DNA of 64,000 bases from Minisyncoccota bacterium (GCA_958295675.1 OY282360.1:530026-594025); one strand, 5' to 3'. Numbered from the stretch's first letter, positions 20,631 to 31,528 are shown. The notes: generated by a model not told the origin, from the sequence alone. Program-made: numbers and translations.

Positions 20631-21341
20631 TTACTTTGCTGCTTTTTTATCAGCCCCGCCACTCGCACCTCTGCGATATGCGTTTTCAACAAGAGATAAC
20701 ACATACGCGACAGTATCTCGTGACTGTATATTGGCAATAATAGGATACTGAACGACATGCAAATCAGCGTTCGCGTTTGAAAAACCGATAATAGGAATAC
20801 CGGCATTATTCGCCTCAATAACGGCATTTTTCTCCCGATAAGTATCAAGAATAAACACTGCAGCCGGTAAATTCTCCAAAGTGCTGATACCGGAAAATCG
20901 GCTCTCCAATTTGGTCAATTCACGATTCATCAGCACTTTCTCTTTTTTGGTATACTTCGTCCATTTTCCCTCATCCTTCTCTCTCTGCAGGCGCTCCAAA
21001 CGCTCAACGCGTCCGCGAATATGCTTGAAATTTGAGAGTGTTCCGCCAATCCAACGATTCAGCATTCTCGGCAGCAAAAGATTCTCCGCAGTTTTCTCAA
21101 CAAGATCAACAGTTTCGCGCCGTGTTGAAACGAAAAAGATAACTTGTCCGTGTCTGCCGCACTGTTCAATAAAAGTAAGCGCGGACTGCAGCATTTCCGC
21201 GACTTTCTCAATATCAAAAACCCCCTTGCTGCCGGTACCGACAACGAAAGGAGTGACTGACGGATGTCTGTACCGGCTGGTTACGGCATGCTGTCCGCCC
21301 GCATCGGTTATCTTTTTTGTTATTTCTTCATTGTCTGACAT
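20631..21341 (-). CDS. rpsB: 30S ribosomal protein S2, divergent N-terminus
   Basis: RWIGGTLSNF, AVIEAN..GIPII, PIIAN; rpsB-tsf order. Confidence 0.93.
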   Translation of the reverse strand: MSDNEEITKKITDAGGQHAVTSRYRHPSVTPFVVGTGSKGVFDIEKVAEMLQSALTFIEQCGRHGQVIFFVSTRRETVDLVEKTAENLLLPRMLNRWIGGTLSNFKHIRGRVERLERLQREKDEGKWTKYTKKEKVLMNRELTKLESRFSGISTLENLPAAVFILDTYREKNAVIEANNAGIPIIGFSNANADLHVVQYPIIANIQSRDTVAYVLSLVENAYRRGASGGADKKAAK

Positions 21342-21432
21342 AGTATGTAGAACATCCTACCACATACTGTAAACAATAGGCAAATTGATTTTTGAAAAAA
21401 ACATGATATTTCCGTATCAGCATACCGGTATG

Positions 21433-22380
21433 TTATTCCGCCGCATACGCTTCCTGAAGCGCGGCAACGATGCCGTCCAAATTACCGGCAAGAATACCGT
21501 CAACATCGGACCAGCTTTTCTTGATGCGATGATCGGTTACCCTATCCTGCAAAATATTGTAAGTGCGGATTTTTTCCGATCGATCAGCGGTTCCGATTTG
21601 TGACCGGCGCATAGCGGAATAGGCGGATTGTTCTTTCTCCTGACGGTCCATTTCCACTTTTGCCGTGAGAATCTCGAGTGCCCGATCTCTGTTCCGCTGC
21701 TGTGTTCGCTCTTCCGTACACCGCACTTCTATTCCGGTCGGCAAATGCACCATACGAACCGCGGATTCAACCTTATTGACATTCTGACCGCCCGCGCCCC
21801 CGGAGCGGGAAAACTCCATCTTAATATCATTCGGATCCAATTCTTCAGCATGATGTTTCCGAATGGGTAAAATAGCGACTGATGCGGTGGAAGTATGTAT
21901 TCGTCCGGATTTCTCCGTCGCGGGCACGCGCTGCACTCTGTGTACCCCCGTCTCAAAACGAAGAAATGCGTACACATCTTTCCCCTGTATACGAAACACC
22001 CCCTCCTTATACCCGTTCATGTTATTCTCCGACATTGATACCGGTGAGAATAAAAAACCCTTGTTCAAAACATACCGCTGATACATTGACGCGATATCGC
22101 GCGCGAACATGGATGCTTCATCACCGCCGGCACCGGCGCGCACTTCTAATATCACCTCATTCGCACCGGCATCAGCGACAGATTCTTCCCGCACAATGTC
22201 CATAATATGCTGTTCTGTTTCTTTCATTCGGTTCGTAATACTTACCTCTTCCTCACGCACAAGATCATCCATGCCGTCTTTCCGCAATTGATCCAACGAC
22301 TGTAATTCCTTCTCAAGCCGTTTGTATTCTTTTGCAAAATGCGCAGTACGCGGATCCGTTATATATTGTTCAATATCCAT
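21433..22380 (-). CDS. prfA: Peptide chain release factor 1
   Basis: HRVQRVPATE (PAT), GAGGQNVNK, RSEKIRTYN. Confidence 0.96.
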   Translation of the reverse strand: MDIEQYITDPRTAHFAKEYKRLEKELQSLDQLRKDGMDDLVREEEVSITNRMKETEQHIMDIVREESVADAGANEVILEVRAGAGGDEASMFARDIASMYQRYVLNKGFLFSPVSMSENNMNGYKEGVFRIQGKDVYAFLRFETGVHRVQRVPATEKSGRIHTSTASVAILPIRKHHAEELDPNDIKMEFSRSGGAGGQNVNKVESAVRMVHLPTGIEVRCTEERTQQRNRDRALEILTAKVEMDRQEKEQSAYSAMRRSQIGTADRSEKIRTYNILQDRVTDHRIKKSWSDVDGILAGNLDGIVAALQEAYAAE

Positions 22381-22401
22381 ACACAATGACAGATACAACA
22401 G

Positions 22402-22773
22402 TTACTGCTGAGTATCGTTCATGTGCCGCGCATTCTTTTCTTTCCGTCCTTGCTTTCCCCCGCTCAACGACTGTATATTCCTGTCAACAGGCGTATCCGC
22501 AATCGCGCTGCGCTGTTTCCTCCCTTTTTCCGCTTTTTTGCCGGCTCTCACCTTAAACTTCTCAACCCGACCGGCGGAATCGATAATATTCTCCTCACCG
22601 GTATAGAACGGATGACTCGCCGAACTTATCTCAACCGGTATAACAGAATACTCAACACCGTCAATAACTTCTTTCTCTTCCGATGTTTTGGTGGAAGTGG
22701 TGATAAAGTCAACACCGGCTCCGGTATCGCGAAAAATAACCGGCTGCATAATCGGATGTATATCTTTTTTCAT
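22402..22773 (-). CDS. rpmE: 50S ribosomal protein L31 type B with C-terminal extension
   Basis: MKKDIHP, EISSASHPFYTG, GRVEKF. Confidence 0.95.
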   Translation of the reverse strand: MKKDIHPIMQPVIFRDTGAGVDFITTSTKTSEEKEVIDGVEYSVIPVEISSASHPFYTGEENIIDSAGRVEKFKVRAGKKAEKGRKQRSAIADTPVDRNIQSLSGGKQGRKEKNARHMNDTQQ

Positions 22774-22905
22774 AACTGAGGTAGTGTACATCACAAAGAG
22801 CGGAAATTCAACAGGTGGAAAATACACTTAATACATGATAGTGCGTGCTACCTTACACAATAGTTGAACATTTAACAGCAACCTTGCAGACGAAAGGAGG
22901 TGAAG

Positions 22906-23421
22906 ATGGTGCGGAAAATGAGTTTGGACAAGGAAGAAATATACCGCATCATTCCTTACGATGCCCACTGGCGTTTGCTGGAACATGCGGAGATTTCTCC
23001 AGAAAAGGTAGAGGCAACGGTTGATCTGTGTAACAACCCGATGTGCAAGGGACACTTCAAAGGCACTGAAATCACGCCGGCACTCTTGCCGATTGAAGCA
23101 GTCGGTCATGCAGCTCTGCTGCATACAATGACAATGCGCCGCCGGGTTACAAGCGAAGACACAGCACCGATGATGCCGCTGTTTTCTGGATTGACAGAGG
23201 TTGAGTGCCATTCCATAATTCCGAAAATCTTTCTTGTCAAAGCATTCTTTTTGGAAGACATAAACAGGAACAAAACCTGTTATGCGGGCGAGGTCTGCGG
23301 AGGAGCACCAGAACACGCCGCGCTTGCGACCATCTCTTCCCTGCAATTAGTTGTCACACCGTCAAGGACTCTGAAAAGATATGTTACGCGGCTGAAGGAG
23401 CGCCATAAACAAACACTATAG
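22906..23421 (+). CDS. FabZ/FabA-like hot-dog fold dehydratase
   Basis: IYRIIPY...GHF...P.LL.IEA pattern; AAGGAGG upstream. Confidence 0.65.
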   Translation: MVRKMSLDKEEIYRIIPYDAHWRLLEHAEISPEKVEATVDLCNNPMCKGHFKGTEITPALLPIEAVGHAALLHTMTMRRRVTSEDTAPMMPLFSGLTEVECHSIIPKIFLVKAFFLEDINRNKTCYAGEVCGGAPEHAALATISSLQLVVTPSRTLKRYVTRLKERHKQTL

Positions 23422-23512
23422 GTGTGCATGCTCGCTATGCGGGCATACACACCTATTTTTTATATACTCAACGGCAAAAACATTTTCACCGCCGATACGG
23501 TATGCTGTCTGT

Positions 23513-24679
23513 ATGCGTATACTTTCCATAGAAACCAGTTGTGATGAAACAGCGGCGGCACTGCTTGAATTCACACAAAAAAACGGGGATATAGCAGTGA
23601 ATATTGTAGCGGAAAAACTGCACTCACAGACAGATATACATGCTGAATACGGCGGTGTCTTTCCCACGCTTGCAAAACGGGAGCACCAAAAAATACTTCC
23701 ACTGCTTGTTAAAAACATGCTGAAAGAAACAGGTACACTTCAATCAGACACGGCAAAAAGCATAACAAAAGACATAGAAACAATATGCGAACGCGAACCG
23801 GACATGCTCAGCATGATCAGGGACAATTTTGAAAAAACACGAATCGAAGACATTGATGCGATTGCCGTGACACGGGGACCGGGACTCGCGCCGGCACTGT
23901 GGGTCGGCGTGAATTTTGCCCGTGCCATTGCGACGCTCTGGCAAATACCTGTTATCCCGGTAAATCACATGGAGGGTCATATATTTTCCGCCCTGTTCAA
24001 CACATCAGGGACATGCAGCAAACCGCAATACCCCGTGCTTTCCCTGCTGGTATCCGGCGGACATACTGAACTTGTCCTCTCGCCGAAAGAAGGCGAATAT
24101 AAAAAAATCGGCAACACGCTTGATGATGCCGCCGGCGAAGCGTTTGACAAAGTAGCGCGATTACTCGGACTACCGTATCCTGGCGGACCTGAAATCGGAA
24201 AGATTGCACACACCGCCCGAGAACAGAATCTTGCCGCTCCGGTCACACTTCCACGACCGATGCTGAAAGATTCATCACTTAATTTCTCCTATGCCGGTCT
24301 TAAAACCGCAGTGCGGGTATATCTAGAAAAAAATCCGCGATTATCAGAGGATGAAACAATGGCACTGGCAATGGAATTTGAAGATGCGGTAGTGGAAACA
24401 CTATTGGAAAAAACCCGCCGAAGCATTGAAATACACAACCCGAAAACAATAGTGGTTGGTGGCGGTGTATCGGCAAATAAACACCTGCGGGAAAAAATGA
24501 CAGAAATGATTAACATGTACCCGGAAACTACGCTCCATCTTTCTGAACTCAAACATGCCACCGATAATGCAGTGATGATAGCACTTGCCGCGTACATCCA
24601 CAGAAATGAAAAGACGGATGCTCTGTCACTCTCGGCTGATTCCGGTCTCTCATTCCCGATGATGCAACATACCAATTAA
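23513..24679 (+). CDS. tsaD: tRNA t6A transferase TsaD
   Basis: IETSCDET, GPGL, NHMEGH, DDAAGEAFDK, TDNAVMI. Confidence 0.97.
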   Translation: MRILSIETSCDETAAALLEFTQKNGDIAVNIVAEKLHSQTDIHAEYGGVFPTLAKREHQKILPLLVKNMLKETGTLQSDTAKSITKDIETICEREPDMLSMIRDNFEKTRIEDIDAIAVTRGPGLAPALWVGVNFARAIATLWQIPVIPVNHMEGHIFSALFNTSGTCSKPQYPVLSLLVSGGHTELVLSPKEGEYKKIGNTLDDAAGEAFDKVARLLGLPYPGGPEIGKIAHTAREQNLAAPVTLPRPMLKDSSLNFSYAGLKTAVRVYLEKNPRLSEDETMALAMEFEDAVVETLLEKTRRSIEIHNPKTIVVGGGVSANKHLREKMTEMINMYPETTLHLSELKHATDNAVMIALAAYIHRNEKTDALSLSADSGLSFPMMQHTN

Positions 24680-24739
24680 TTCTCCACATAGGTATATCCG
24701 ACAATAATGTATGATATGATAGTGATATAACAATAGAAT

Positions 24740-25306
24740 ATGAAAGCAAAAAAGAAAAAGACAACGACAAAGAAAAAGAAAACAACAAAAAAAATATCAA
24801 TAATGAACCGTATACTCGGACGGGACAGAAAGTATGATGACTTTGATGATTTTGAAGAAATAGACGAGATGGATTTAGATACTGACATGACGGATGATTA
24901 TGACCGGGAGATTGAAAACATTATGGAAAATGATACAGAAGAGGACTTAGTGCAGCGTATGCCGAGTGATGAAACGGATCAGGATTTGCAGATAAATCTG
25001 GTGGATAAAAGTAAAAAACTCATCGCACAGGCCGTTATTCCGGGGCTCAGTGAAGATCAAATAGACATAAATCTAACCCGAGAGATGCTCACTATCTCAA
25101 CTAACTCAAATGATCATTGTATTGAGAAAGGAGGTGACTATCTCTATGAAGAACTGATATTCGGCTCTTTCTCCCGTTCAATTCTTCTGCCGGCAGAAGT
25201 GGAAGTGGAGGAATCAACAGCAGAGATAAAAGACGGTATCCTGACAATTAACATGCCGAAAATTAACAAAGCGGCACAGAAAAAACTCGGTGTGAAAAAG
25301 AAGTAG
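24740..25306 (+). CDS. Hsp20/alpha-crystallin protein
   Basis: IPG...IDI, GSFSRSILLP, AEIKDGILTI.MPK. Confidence 0.9.
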   Translation: MKAKKKKTTTKKKKTTKKISIMNRILGRDRKYDDFDDFEEIDEMDLDTDMTDDYDREIENIMENDTEEDLVQRMPSDETDQDLQINLVDKSKKLIAQAVIPGLSEDQIDINLTREMLTISTNSNDHCIEKGGDYLYEELIFGSFSRSILLPAEVEVEESTAEIKDGILTINMPKINKAAQKKLGVKKK

Positions 25307-25325
25307 GATGTATACTACAGAGTAA

Positions 25326-25409
25326 GCTCAGGTGGCGGAACTGGTAGACGCGTACGCTTGAGGGGCGTATGGGAGTAATCCCGTGGAGGTTCAAGTCCTC
25401 TCCTGAGCA
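25326..25409 (+). tRNA. tRNA-Leu(GAG)
   Basis: GCTCAGG/CCTGAGC, tacgc-ttGAGgg-gcgta, long variable arm. Confidence 0.95.
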
Positions 25410-25481
25410 CTTACTTAAGTTGTTATAGATTATACAAATCCTTTTGATATAAAAGCATTGTGTGTGGTATACTATAATTAC

Positions 25482-25754
25482 ATGATCGGAAAAAATAAAA
25501 TAGTATATATTTGGTTTGCTATTGGAGCTGTACTGGCACTGCTGCGTGTGTTTCTGGGATCCGCAGAAATCAGCGTTGCCGGCATAACCGATGTTCTCGC
25601 TGTTCTGACTGCACCCGGTCTCGTGCTCGTGCTTCCGTTAATGAATCTCATAGCACATCCCGTCTGGCCTATCACTATCACGGTACTTGCCAACGGTGTT
25701 GTGTACGGTTTCATTGCTGCCGGTATCAAATACTTGGTGCAAAAAAGTAAATGA
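25482..25754 (+). CDS. Small membrane protein
   Basis: About three hydrophobic segments. Confidence 0.7.
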   Translation: MIGKNKIVYIWFAIGAVLALLRVFLGSAEISVAGITDVLAVLTAPGLVLVLPLMNLIAHPVWPITITVLANGVVYGFIAAGIKYLVQKSK

Positions 25755-25909
25755 TATACCGCATACTGATTGTATCAACAGTAAAATTGATAAACGCATA
25801 CGATTAAGGAGCATATGAGAGTAATCTTGTGGAGATCCAAATACTCTTCTAAGTACTTTTTGTTTGATAAAAAAGAAAGGTAATTTTACCATGTTATGCT
25901 ATCTTTAGC

Positions 25910-27118
25910 ATGGCAGATATATGCAAAGAACTGCGGAAACAGTTGAAAGAACTGAATACATTGCGAGAATCGTGTGGCTCTTTGCTTCTCAGAGAAGGAA
26001 TGGAATCCGATGCGGCAAAGAAAACGATTGAGGAGTTTGATACACTGGCGGAACACCTGCGTGATGCGGTTGCATTGTACAAACAACCGTTCGGTGAGTA
26101 TCTTGATATACTTGAAAAAAAGATAGACGACAAGAAACCACTTGACAGACGGGAATGCGGTCTGTTGTACGGTGTGGATCGGTATCCAGGAAATGTCAGT
26201 GATGCTGAAAAAGTAAAACGATACACTCTAATAAAGAAAAGAACCGGTGCAGAGAAAAAAGAAGATCTCAAACTTGCGCTTGAGGAACTCACCCCGCCGA
26301 GAGAGATTGATGGTGATTTGAATCTTGTTGATATCACCTCCGCTGAAGGACTCATCCTGCCGGAGAAAATTGGTGGTGGTCTGAATCTCAGAGGTCTCAC
26401 CTCCGCGAAAGGACTCACGCTACCTGAAGAGATTGGTGGTTTTCTGTATCTCGGCAGTCTCACATCCATAGATACTGAATTCACTATGCCGAAGAAGATT
26501 GATGGTGATCTGTTTCTTAGCAGACTCGCGTCCATAAATACTAAGCTTACTATGCCGGAGGAGGTTGGTGGTGATCTAGATCTCAATCTTCTTGAATCCA
26601 TAGATATTGAATTCACCATGCCGGAGAAAGTCGATGGTGATCTGTGGCTCGACAGTCTCACATCCATAAAGAATAAGCTCACTATGCCGAAGGAGGTTGA
26701 TGGTGGTATGGTTCTCATTAGTCTCAAATCCATAGATACTGAGATTATTATGCCGGGGAAGGTTGGCGATCATCTGGATCTTGAAAGTCTCACATCCATA
26801 GATACTGAGATTACTATGCCGAAGGAGGTTGGTGGTAATCTGGATCTTCGCAGTCTCACATCCATAGATACTGAGATCACTATGCCGGAGGAGGTTGGTG
26901 TTGATCTGGATCTTAAAGGACTCACATCCATAAATACTGATCTCACTATGCCGAAGGAGATTGGCGGTAATCTGTATCTCAACAGTCTCACATCCACGCA
27001 AGGTATCACCAACTGGCCTATAAAAATTAGACGCGAGATATATATAAACCCAGCATTGCCAGACAACGAAAGAGAAGAACTGGAGAAACGGTATCCGGGT
27101 CAGGTTCGATACGAGTGA
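25910..27118 (+). CDS. Leucine-rich repeat-like protein, paralog 1
   Basis: About 11 repeats of 21-22 aa, GGxLxLxxLTSI...MPEEV. Confidence 0.85.
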   Translation: MADICKELRKQLKELNTLRESCGSLLLREGMESDAAKKTIEEFDTLAEHLRDAVALYKQPFGEYLDILEKKIDDKKPLDRRECGLLYGVDRYPGNVSDAEKVKRYTLIKKRTGAEKKEDLKLALEELTPPREIDGDLNLVDITSAEGLILPEKIGGGLNLRGLTSAKGLTLPEEIGGFLYLGSLTSIDTEFTMPKKIDGDLFLSRLASINTKLTMPEEVGGDLDLNLLESIDIEFTMPEKVDGDLWLDSLTSIKNKLTMPKEVDGGMVLISLKSIDTEIIMPGKVGDHLDLESLTSIDTEITMPKEVGGNLDLRSLTSIDTEITMPEEVGVDLDLKGLTSINTDLTMPKEIGGNLYLNSLTSTQGITNWPIKIRREIYINPALPDNEREELEKRYPGQVRYE

Positions 27119-27140
27119 ACCATGCTACCTTACTCTTGGT

Positions 27141-27188
27141 ATGGCAGATATATGCAAAGAACTGCGGAAACAATTGAAAAAACTATAG
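27141..27188 (+). pseudogene. N-terminal remnant of an LRR-like paralog
   Basis: MADICKELRKQLKKL* with almost the same upstream linker as 33458. Confidence 0.7.
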
Positions 27189-27257
27189 AAACAAGATCCG
27201 AACAAATCAAGGACGATATAGCATATCTTTCTGAAAAGATGTAGTTTTTATATTCAG

Positions 27258-27331
27258 TGCGAATGGTAGGACTTGAACCTACGACCTCTCCATTATCAGT
27301 GGAGTGCTCTAACCACCTGAGCTACATTCGC
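27258..27331 (-). tRNA. tRNA-Ile(GAT)
   Basis: GCGAATG/CATTCGC, ctcca-ctGATaa-tggag. Confidence 0.95.
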
Positions 27332-27388
27332 ATAACACATATAATACCACCGTACGCGTTATGTGAAAAGTCCGTCACTAACATATAA

Positions 27389-28543
27389 TTAGTATCTTCT
27401 AAAGAGGAAAACGATAATACTTCGCGTGAGGACGCCGATGAAAAAGAGGGTGGAAACAACCGTGATAACGAGCAACAACGGCGTGAAAAGGGACGCAAGC
27501 AGCAGCAGACCGACACCGAGAGCGGTTGATTTCGCGGTAACATGAATATCTTTTTTCCTGAACAATAACCATACAACAGCACCGACAAGGACCGGAGTAA
27601 CAATAATTCCGAGAAAAATCACAAGTAAAAGAGATAAAAGAAGCGCCATTGCAATACCAAAAAATCCGGGAATAAACAAAAGCACCAATGAAAACAGCGC
27701 GGCGAGTATCACAAAGGCAAGACCGATTAAAACAGCAAGAAGAGCATGCGTAACCGACATCCGCAGAAAAGTATTCCAGCGGCTTCTGAGAGCACCGTAT
27801 GCCAAAAACCCGCCAACTGCAAGAGAAATGAGAGTGGTGATAAATACAAAAAGTGCCTTCTTCCCCTCCTCTTTAACCGGCATTGTATCCCCGCCGACAA
27901 TCGCACCAGGATGCAAAGTGAGTGTTTCTGTTTTATCCTGATCTGTGTACACAATATCTCCCGTCACATTCGCTCCTTCGTGTAGAGTTATTTGCTTCGT
28001 ATCTTCAGCATACACAGTACCGTCAACGGTACCGTGAATAACAAGATTAAGACCGCTCACACGCATGTCGCCATGAACAGTGCCATGAACAGTGGCGGCA
28101 TCAGCATACAGCGCAATGTCAGATCCAACAATACCGTCCTGTTCTAAAACAAAAGAAGTGCCGACAAATAAAACTTCTCCTGTAATCTCATCACGCACAA
28201 CACCACTGTCAGCGATGATGCGCGCATCGCCATGCACACGCTCATCAAGAATAATATCTTCACCTATAAATCCGATATCACCGATTAAATGTTCTGCGAT
28301 ACGCAACGATTTTGCGAGAGCATAAATATCGCCGGACATCGGTGAATCAACGGAAATGATATTACCGATGAGATATACATTTTCGTCTTTCTCACCCAAA
28401 GAAACAATATGCTCATCTGTGATTGAGATAAGCGGACTATGTTTGTCATAATCGGAGGTCTCCGCAAAAACAGGCACGCTGAACAGGAAACAGATAACAA
28501 ACAAAATGCTCGCGGCAACTGATTGTCGGCTGCTGGATAGCAT
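27389..28543 (-). CDS. Beta-helix (bactofilin-like) protein with C-terminal TM helices
   Basis: Signal peptide, GxVxGD repeats, hydrophobic C-terminus. Confidence 0.75.
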   Translation of the reverse strand: MLSSSRQSVAASILFVICFLFSVPVFAETSDYDKHSPLISITDEHIVSLGEKDENVYLIGNIISVDSPMSGDIYALAKSLRIAEHLIGDIGFIGEDIILDERVHGDARIIADSGVVRDEITGEVLFVGTSFVLEQDGIVGSDIALYADAATVHGTVHGDMRVSGLNLVIHGTVDGTVYAEDTKQITLHEGANVTGDIVYTDQDKTETLTLHPGAIVGGDTMPVKEEGKKALFVFITTLISLAVGGFLAYGALRSRWNTFLRMSVTHALLAVLIGLAFVILAALFSLVLLFIPGFFGIAMALLLSLLLVIFLGIIVTPVLVGAVVWLLFRKKDIHVTAKSTALGVGLLLLASLFTPLLLVITVVSTLFFIGVLTRSIIVFLFRRY

Positions 28544-28603
28544 ATGGATAAGTATATCACAACACGCAACTGTTTCAAACAGGGCTGAATACCCTATCTA
28601 CAT

Positions 28604-30619
28604 CTACACGGTATCTTCCCGCGTATTGCCGTCATTACCAGCTCTCTGCAAATCATTGAGATTAATCCAGTCGTCATCATAGTGTATTGGCGGTTTCTTT
28701 TTCTCCTGTGGCTTCGGTGGAACTGTCAAATCTTTCTTCAAACCGCTTTGCTGCGTAGATTTAATAAGACCGCCTAATGAACCGGTTGTTGTTTTCTGAT
28801 GTGCGGATACCTCTGTATCACTGTCTCTGTTTTTCTTTTGCGCAACATCTTTCTGTTTCTTTAATCTGTCTTTTTTGTCATCCTTGCGATCTTTCTCCGG
28901 AGCAGGATTCAGCCGCTCTTCAGATTGATCTTTGTGTACATTACTATCCGAGCGTTCTCTCTGTTCCGATCGAATATCTTTTTTTTCTTTATTATTCCTT
29001 TCAATGACATCAGAAGCTGGCATTGTCACGGATGTAGAAGAAACAGAATCATTCTTTTTCTGCGCGGTATCAGTCCTCATCCGCGCCTGCGCGCCTTTCT
29101 GAGACCGATCCTTCTTATCAAATCCTTTTTCTTTTGCACCTCCACCCGTCAATTTCTGAATGAGACCTTTTGCGACCTTTTGAAACGGTTTTTGTGTTTC
29201 CTGTTGTGCGGATGCCGATTTGCCGTCTTTCCTTCCTTTCTGATCAGCATACTTTCTCTTATTTTTTTCATCAGGTTTCCGCTGACCGGAAGACGGAACA
29301 ACCGTGCCTTCCAGGCGTTCCCGTATCTGTTCTTCCAGCGCAACCTGATCAACACCGTATCGTTCTCCTGATTTTTTTATAACCAGTTCCGCAAGCGATA
29401 TCGGCGGTGGATCCGGCATCTGAAATGTTCTCGCTGAAAACGGCGTTGATCCCGCGCCGTCAATATTAAGTGTCAGAAACATATGCCGTCTCGGCAGCGC
29501 GACCAAATCCTCTTCGGTGATAACCGGCGCGAATTGTTTCGCGATAATCTCAGCATCAACCGGTCCGACACGAAACGAGACAAAAGTGCCGACATTGCCG
29601 AATACGGCATCCCGAATCATGTTCCCTTCTGCGGCATCATCACTATAAAGCTGTCCGATATACTGGTGCGCCAGCACAAGGTTCAGTTTGTACTTCCGCG
29701 CCTCGGAAAGAATACCGGCAAATGAGGAATTCGCGAACGATTGGAACTCATCAACATAAAAGTTACAGGGTGCGGCATCAGTGAGTTCCTGATGTGTCAT
29801 ATCTCCGCGGGAAAGCGCGGCAAGGTATATTTTGGTGGTGAACAGCACACCAAGCATTTTCGCGTTATTCTCACCAATCTGCCCTTTTGAAAGATTCACC
29901 AGCAGCACCTTCTTGTTGTCCATGATCTCGCGAAAATTAAAAGACGATTTCGGCTGTGCGATGATATTCCTGATAAGCGGATTCGCAGTGAACTGTCCGA
30001 GTTTATTCTGAATTGCCGGAGTCGCATCCTGCACATACCGCTCGTTATAGTTCGCGTAATCCTCAATCCAATATTTCCTTACCTGCGGATCTTTGATATT
30101 TTCTATCACATGATTACGGAACTCCTTGTTCGAATACATCCGACCGATATCTAAAAGTGTGGTATTCGGATATTCAATGAGAGCGAGCAGGGTGTTTACA
30201 AGAATGTATTCCATACGATCCGACCAGCTTGTCTCACCCCATATCTTGTGAAACGACGCTATCAAACTGCTGACAACAAGATGTCGCTTGTCATATCCGA
30301 TATCCTCCATAATATTCAGACCAATGGGACGATTCTGCAGGTGCGGAGCAAAATAAATGGTGTCATCAACCCGATTTTCAGGCACAAAATTCAGCAGGTT
30401 ATCCACTGACTGACCGTGCGGATCCATGAAGATGAGACCTTCGCCGTTCATAACATCCTGAGTCGCCATAATTTCAAGCAATGTGGATTTTCCGGTACCT
30501 GTCTGCCCTATCACATAAATATGTCGGGACCGGTCTTCCTCCTTGATGCCGAACCGAATGGTCTCGCCACGTCTGTCAAGTTCACCGACATATACTTTTC
30601 TTTCTGGATCATACGCCAT
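28604..30619 (-). CDS. VirB4/TraD-like (HerA-FtsK superfamily) ATPase
   Basis: GQTGTGKS, DPHG, YVDEFQ, SEARKY...AHQ; charged low-complexity tail. Confidence 0.9.
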   Translation of the reverse strand: MAYDPERKVYVGELDRRGETIRFGIKEEDRSRHIYVIGQTGTGKSTLLEIMATQDVMNGEGLIFMDPHGQSVDNLLNFVPENRVDDTIYFAPHLQNRPIGLNIMEDIGYDKRHLVVSSLIASFHKIWGETSWSDRMEYILVNTLLALIEYPNTTLLDIGRMYSNKEFRNHVIENIKDPQVRKYWIEDYANYNERYVQDATPAIQNKLGQFTANPLIRNIIAQPKSSFNFREIMDNKKVLLVNLSKGQIGENNAKMLGVLFTTKIYLAALSRGDMTHQELTDAAPCNFYVDEFQSFANSSFAGILSEARKYKLNLVLAHQYIGQLYSDDAAEGNMIRDAVFGNVGTFVSFRVGPVDAEIIAKQFAPVITEEDLVALPRRHMFLTLNIDGAGSTPFSARTFQMPDPPPISLAELVIKKSGERYGVDQVALEEQIRERLEGTVVPSSGQRKPDEKNKRKYADQKGRKDGKSASAQQETQKPFQKVAKGLIQKLTGGGAKEKGFDKKDRSQKGAQARMRTDTAQKKNDSVSSTSVTMPASDVIERNNKEKKDIRSEQRERSDSNVHKDQSEERLNPAPEKDRKDDKKDRLKKQKDVAQKKNRDSDTEVSAHQKTTTGSLGGLIKSTQQSGLKKDLTVPPKPQEKKKPPIHYDDDWINLNDLQRAGNDGNTREDTV

Positions 30620-30622
30620 ATG

Positions 30623-30802
30623 CTATTTTTTTGTAGAATCATTCCTGCCGCGCCTGCCAACCTGTATCGCGTCGCAGACAGATATGATAATAAGCACCAG
30701 TCCTATACCGAACGCCGTCCACATTTTCCATTCAGAAAATACTTTGATAAAAGGAAAGAGCAGAAGAATAAGACCGATTAAAAATGTAAAACGATGAGAC
30801 AT
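30623..30802 (-). CDS. 59-aa membrane protein (below the ORF-track cutoff)
   Basis: MSHRFTFLIGLILLLFPF...WTAFGIGLVLIIISV; TATACT 9 nt upstream; ends 3 nt before the ATPase start. Confidence 0.65.
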   Translation of the reverse strand: MSHRFTFLIGLILLLFPFIKVFSEWKMWTAFGIGLVLIIISVCDAIQVGRRGRNDSTKK

Positions 30803-30829
30803 ATACTATATAGTATACAATACAATGCG

Positions 30830-31528
30830 CTATGCAACAGTATCCAGCGAGGAAATAATCAGAACAATCTCGCCGCGCACCATATCAGGATGTTCATGAT
30901 AGTATTTCAAAACATCAGCAGCAGTACCCGAAATAACTTGTTCATGCACCTTGGTCATTTCACGAACAACAATGATCTCTCTGGCGGGAGCAATATGCTC
31001 GCGCAGCGATTCCAAGGTCTTCAAAAGACGATGCGGCGCTTCATAGCAGACAACAGTCCGCTCTTCCGCGGCAATCTGCTGAAACACGGTTTCTCTCCTC
31101 TTTTTGCGCGGTAAAAAGCCAAGAAATACAAAAGAAGAACATGGTGCACCAGAAATGGAAAGTGCTGCGGTAACTGCGGACGGTCCGGGTACGGTCTGGA
31201 TAACAGCGGCATCGCCGAGTACATTCCGTATTTCCCGCACAAATTTCACACCGGGATCGGATATAACCGGCGTACCGGCATCGGAAACAAGCGCGACATC
31301 CTTTCCTTCTCGCAACATCGTTATTGCTTTGTGTATCTTCCCAAATCCGCTGAATGAATGATATGAAACACATGGCGTGTGTATATCATAGTGTGTGAGC
31401 AACTTTTTTGTTACACGAGTATCTTCACAAAACAGCATATCCACGGAACGAAGAGTTTCAACAGCGCGAAACGATATATCGGCGAGATTACCTATCGGCG
31501 TGGCAATAATATAGAGTGTTCCTATCAT
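30830..31528 (-). CDS. rsmI: 16S rRNA C1402 2'-O-methyltransferase
   Basis: ATPIGNL.DIS.RA, CEDTR, SDAGTP.ISDPG, YEAPHR. Confidence 0.96.
   Translation of the reverse strand: MIGTLYIIATPIGNLADISFRAVETLRSVDMLFCEDTRVTKKLLTHYDIHTPCVSYHSFSGFGKIHKAITMLREGKDVALVSDAGTPVISDPGVKFVREIRNVLGDAAVIQTVPGPSAVTAALSISGAPCSSFVFLGFLPRKKRRETVFQQIAAEERTVVCYEAPHRLLKTLESLREHIAPAREIIVVREMTKVHEQVISGTAADVLKYYHEHPDMVRGEIVLIISSLDTVA

Noticed and set aside
25894-27066. Antisense repeat ORFs over the LRR gene
   Set aside because: Mirror images of the coding repeats
11953-27331. tRNA genes lacking an encoded CCA
   Set aside because: Common; CCA is added after transcription
28604-30619. Conjugative element
   Set aside because: Lone ATPase without relaxase, integrase or virB genes; such genes are common on CPR chromosomes
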